Below the pieces are notes generated by a model. It was not told where the DNA came from and made no database searches. It saw nothing but the letters and a program-made list of their open reading frames with translations. A program made the translations under genes and the position numbers. DNA of 64,000 nt from Eledone cirrhosa (taxonomy: Eukaryota): the NCBI GenBank assembly GCA_964016885.1, contig OZ024754.1, forward strand, positions 43,152,001-43,216,000. Reading direction: 5' to 3'. Positions 58,314 through 64,000 of the stretch are shown piece by piece; positions within the stretch are counted from its first letter, which is position 1, and each line of letters starts with the position of its first letter.

Positions 58314-59297
58314 TCATATTTCTTTGTCAAATTTTGGGGTGTACAAAAATGCATCTCATAAGTTTTAAGTCTATCAAAACATTCTTAAAAGTTACATTAT
58401 ACATATGTATATGTGTGTGTGTTTGTATTTATGTGTCTATATGTGTGTGTGTCTGTATGTGTGTGTATGTGTGTCTGAGAGAGAGAGTTTATGTGTATGT
58501 GTGTATGTGTGTGTGTCTGAGAGAGAGAGAGTGTATGTGTATGTGTGTATGTGTCTATGTGTGTATGTGTGTGTGTCTGAGAGAGAGAGAGAGAGTGTGT
58601 GTGTGAGAGAGAGAGAGTGTGTGTGTGTGTTTGCGTGTATGTAATAGAAATTTATGCTGACACGAAATCATTTTATTCCGTTTAGCAACGTTCGCGTCAC
58701 TGATCTACGGAAAATATTCATTTCTCCGAAATATATTGAGTACTTATTTGCTTAGAAGTCAGAATGAGATATTGAAAGAATTGAAGAAGATATTAATCGT
58801 AACAACGAAGAGATTAGGGCCAGGTGTGAAGGTGAAGGTGTAAGACTATCATTGTTGTGAGCGTTAACAATAATACGATAGGTATGTGGACCCCATCATT
58901 AAATCGTCCAGAAACCTTTATTTTGCATCCTCGTGGAAAGTCAGTTAAATATGTTTGAGATGTATCTACAAGAGCTTGATAGGGCTGTGGCCCCTCTCAT
59001 TATGACACCTGGAAACCCTTATGAGATGCAGACTCATAGGAGTCCCTTTAAGCTTATATAGGTGTTAGCTATAACAACAAGACCATGATAGACTTGTGAC
59101 TTCTAACATTATAACTCACCATAAACCTATGTGATACAACCTCGTACGAGGTTAGCAGTGTCTATATATTTCTGAGCTGATACAAAAGCATGATAGCCCC
59201 GTAGCCCCTATTATATAAAAAAAAACCACCCTGAAAAACTCCCATCAGATACAACTTCGGCTGCATTGCTGTAAGCTACATCAAAGAAACTCCCATC

Positions 59298-60150
59298 AGA
59301 TGCAACCTCGTAAGAGACCAGCTAATCCTCCATTGATCTAAGCTAGACCACAAGATGCTTACATGAGATGCAACCTCGTAGGAGACCAGCTAGGCCTCCA
59401 TTGATCTAAGGTAGACCACAAGATCCTTACATGAGATGCAACCTCGTAGGAGACCAGCTAGGCCTCCATTGATCTAAGGTAGACCACAAGATCCTTACAT
59501 GAGATGCAACCTCGTAGGAGACCAGCTAGGCCTCCATTGATCTAAGGTAGACCACAAGATCCTTACATGAGATGCAACCTCGTAAGAGACCAGCTAATCC
59601 TCCATTGATCTAAGCTAGACCACAAGATGCTTACATGAGATGCAACCTCGTAGGAGACCAGCTAGGCCTCCATTGATCTAAGGTAGACCACAAGATCCTT
59701 ACATGAGATGCAACCTCGTAGGAGACCAGCTAGGCCTCCATTGATCTAAGGTAGACCACAAGATCCTTACATGAGATGCAACCTCGTAAGAGACCAGCTA
59801 ATCCTCCATTGATCTAAGCTAGACCACAAGATGCTTACATGAGATGCAACCTCGTAGGAGACCAGCTAGGCCTCCATTGATCTAAGGTAGACCACAAGAT
59901 CCTTACATGAGATGCAACCTCGTAGGAGACCAGCTAGGCCTCCATTGATCTAAGGTAGACCACAAGATCCTTACATGAGATGCAACCTCGTAAGAGACCA
60001 GCTAATCCTCCATTGATCTAAGCTAGACCACAAGATGCTTACATGAGATGCAACCTCGTAAGAGACTAGCTAGGCCTCCATTGATCTAAGGTAGACCACA
60101 AGATCCTTACATGAGATGCAACCTCGTAGGAGACCAGCTAGGCCTCCATT
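59298..60150. repeat. 68-bp minisatellite, ~12.5 copies, with two unit variants
   Basis: agatgcaacctcgta every 68 bp; degenerate units upstream to ~58900. Confidence 0.95.
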
Positions 60151-60496
60151 TCTGTGTACTAGATCAACAAAACAATGATGAAATTTAACTTTTCATTTCA
60201 TTAGGGTCATGTGATATTGGATCAATATTTTAACCTGAGAAGATACCACATTTACGTTTATAAAACACCAGAAGATTTCCGTTAATAATTGTTCGCTGTT
60301 CTCCACCATTAAACTACGGCACCACTGGGACATTTTAAAAGGTTTTAGTCGATCACATCAATTCATTATTATTCTGCTTATTATTTTCTGGATCTCTGTT
60401 TAACAAAACATTATGTTCCGCTTATATTATGATAGGATGCAACTTGAGATATGACATAAAAGTGTGTATGTGTGTGTGTGAGTGAGTGTGTGTAGG

Positions 60497-60529
<33 letters not shown>

Positions 60530-60645
60530 GTATATATTTATATTTATATATACATACGTACAAACACGCGCGCGTGGTATAGTACATTGCGCACACGATA
60601 TCAATAAAACACTCGCTAATGTTGGTGTGTGTGTGTAAATATATG

Positions 60646-60680
<35 letters not shown>

Positions 60681-60819
60681 GTGTGTGTATGTCTGTGTAA
60701 ATATACGTGTGTATGCTATAATATATATATATATATGTGTGTGCGTGAATATATGTGAGTGTAAATATATACGTGTGTATGATATAATGTAATATACACA
60801 AATATATACTTATACATAC

Positions 60820-60874
<55 letters not shown>

Positions 60875-60887
60875 CATACACACACAC

Positions 60888-60938
<51 letters not shown>

Positions 60939-61516
60939 CACGTGCACAAGCATGAATAGCTGCGCCTATTTTGATAGACATCTAGAAGTCATTTGTGAAC
61001 GAACCTACCAGCTGTTGTCTGTTGATATAAAACTAAACATGGCGACCGCAATTAGAACGATGATGACAACACTAATGATGATGATGATGATGATGGTCAC
61101 GATGATCATGACAACAACAATAACAACAACTACTACAACAACAAAGACAACTAGTTATATCGATCTCGGTTACGATTCGCTGCATCCATCCCATATTTCG
61201 AAATAGGTTTGGCCACACAATTGACGTGTTATACAGATAATACTAATAACCGCAGCACGTATGTATATATACACACTCTCACTCTGTATCTCTCTCTCTC
61301 TCTCTCACTCTGTCTCTGTCTCTCTTTTACACACACACACACATATATATATATATGTGTGTGTAAAAGAGAGAGAGAGAAACAGAGTGTGAGAGAGACA
61401 GAGTGAGAGAGAGTGTGTGTGTGTGTGTGTGTGTGCATATGTGAGTGTTTGCGTGTACCTGTGTGATTTTTCATCTGCGTGTGTGTGTGAGAGAGTGTTT
61501 GCGTATGTGTGTGAAT

Positions 61517-61573
<57 letters not shown>

Positions 61574-61849
61574 AGAGAGAGAGAGAGAGAGTGTGTGTGT
61601 GTGTGAAGTTTATCATATGTGTGTGCGAGCCTTACGTAGACTAAATGTGTCACTCCGTCAAATGATTTCTTAATGAGAAATAAAGTCACTGCACAGGAAA
61701 CGAATTAATAGAGTCGTGCTTGAAAAAAACAAACATACAAACAAATAAATAGATAAATAACATAAAACACCAACAAAAATATCCCAGGGCACGTGCCTTT
61801 AGGTGGTCAGTCAACTGACCTGCTAGAAATAACAGCCAACACAACTTAA

Positions 61850-62700
61850 CCCCTTAACAGTCAGCATTGACATTACTCTATATATACTATTGTATTTTCA
61901 CAGTAAAGGCTTTACCTCACATAACATTTACATTACTCTATATATACTATTGTATTTTCACAGTAAAGGCTTTACCTCACATAATATCTCACATAACATT
62001 TACATTACTCTATATATGCTATTGTATTTTCACAGTAAAGGCTTTACCACACATAATATCTCACATAACATTTACATTACTCTATATATACTATTGTATT
62101 TTCACAGTAAAGGCTTTACCTCACATAATATCTCACATAACATTTACATTACTCTATATATACTATTGTATTTTCACAGTAAAGGCTTTACCTCACATAA
62201 TATCTCACATAACATTTACATTACTCTATATTTACTATTATATTTTCACTGTAAATGCTTTACCTCACATAATATCTCACATAACATTTACATTACTCTA
62301 TATATACTATTGTATTTTCACAGTAAAGGCTTTACCTCACATAACATTTACATTACTCTATATATACTATTGTATTTTCACTGTAAATGCTTTACCTCAC
62401 ATAATATCTCACATAACATTTACATTACTCTATATATACTATTGTATTTTCACAGTAAAGGCTTTACCTCACATAATATCTCACATAACATTTATATTAC
62501 TCTATATATACTATTGTATTTTCACAGTAAAGGCTTTACCTCACATAATATCGCACATAATATCGAATCTATGAGATTTTGATATTATATATTTTGAGAA
62601 CAATACCTTAACGTCGGTATGAGTAGCTGGTTACAGCCGGTTTTAACAGAATGAGGTGGAAGTATTCTGGCTGGATAAGGCCTGTTTAAATGCTAAAGGA
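61850..62700 (-). mobile_element. piggyBac-like MITE flanked by TTAA, carrying a 10-unit 72/60-bp array
   Basis: TTAA at 61846-49 and 62701-04; ends CCCCTT..AGCATT / AATGCTAAAGGA; homologous to 43222-44158 and 9491-9637. Confidence 0.85.
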
Positions 62701-62851
62701 TTAACGGTTTAAATGCTAAATTAACTTAATGATTTTATTTATTATATATTATTTACAATTTGTGTGTAGGCAGGTCTCTCTGGAAAAAGGGGTGGGTGCG
62801 CTGAGTGTATTACGTGGCCGTGAGGGAGGGGGGATGGGGGGCTCAACAACT

Positions 62852-64000
62852 TGACTAAATCTGTGTTAAGCAAGAACACCATCTCCTCAAATTGTGCTAA
62901 ATCTGTGTTAAACAAGAACAACATCTCAAACTGGGCTAAATCTGTGTTTAACAAGAATACCATCTCCTCAAACTGGGCTAAATCTGTGTTTAACAAGACC
63001 ACCATCTCCTCAAACTGGGCTAAATCTGTGTTTAACAAGAACACCATCTCCTCAAACTGGACTAAATCTGTGTTTAACAAGACCACCATCTCCTCAAACT
63101 GGGCTAAATCTGTGTTTAACAAGACCACCATCTCCTCAAACTGGGCTAAATCTGTGTTTAACAAGACCACCATCTCCTCAAACTGGGCTAAATCTGTGTT
63201 TAACAAGACCACCATCTCCTCAAACTGGGCTAAATCTGTGTTTAACAAGACCACCATCTCCTCAAACTGGGCTAAATCTGTGTTTAACAAGACCACCATC
63301 TCCTCAAACTGGGCTAAATCTGTGTTTAACAAGACCACCATCTCCTCAAACTGGACTAAATCTGTGTTTAACAAGAACACCATCTCCTCAAACTGGACTA
63401 AATCTGTGTTTAACAAGACCACCATCTCCTCAAACTGGGCTAAATCTGTGTTTAACAAGACCACCATCTCCTCAAACTGGGCTAAATCTGTGTTTAACAA
63501 GACCACCATCTCCTCAAACTGGGCTAAATCTGTGTTTAACAAGACCACCATCTCCTCAAACTGGACTAAATCTGTGTTTAACAAGACCACCATCTCCTCA
63601 AACTGGGCTAAATCTGTGTTTAACAAGAATACCATCTCCTCAAACTGGGCTAAATCTGTGTTTAACAAGAACACCATCTCCTCAAACTGGACTAAATCTG
63701 TGTTTAACAAGACCACCATCTCCTCAAACTGGGCTAAATCTGTGTTTAACAAGACCACCATCTCCTCAAACTGGGCTAAATCTGTGTTTAACAAGACCAC
63801 CATCTCCTCAAACTGGGCTAAATCTGTGTTTAACAAGACCACCATCTCCTCAAACTGGGCTAAATCTGTGTTTAACAAGACCACCATCTCCTCAAACTGG
63901 GCTAAATCTGTGTTTAACAAGACCACCATCTCCTCAAACTGGGCTAAATCTGTGTTTAACAAGACCACCATTTCCTCAAACTGGGCTAAATCTGTGTTTA
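62852..64000. repeat. 42-bp minisatellite, ~27 copies, running off the window
   Basis: ctaaatctgtgtttaacaagaccaccatctcctcaaactggg in tandem. Confidence 0.97.

Overview
AT-rich, microsatellite-saturated animal genomic DNA. The repeat style ((TA)n/(CA)n/(GA)n tracts, tRNA-derived SINEs, RTE remnants) suggests an octopod cephalopod, which is my inference. Almost every ORF in the supplied track is a translation of simple repeats. The only convincing host coding sequence is a minus-strand terminal exon at 41063-40466. It is polyN/Q/H-rich, ends ...SMLSDYQPL*, and resembles the last exon of Six1/2 (sine oculis). A second candidate minus-strand terminal exon starts at 15510. The rest is intron or intergenic DNA filled with SINEs, LINE remnants (RTE, R4/Dong-like, CRE-like), decayed Penelope-like (PLE) ORF fragments, DNA-transposon MITEs (pogo-like, hAT, piggyBac-like) and minisatellites. 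The most notable signal is about 14 type-I hammerhead-ribozyme motifs from at least 6 sequence families. Several have an intact core, one family has a compensatory U3-A8 core, and one motif has a U4C core with a long stem II. Most sit in short non-coding units beside (TA)n tracts, often as inverted repeats, as expected for PLE pseudo-LTR or retrozyme-like elements. All folds were derived by hand and no searches were run.
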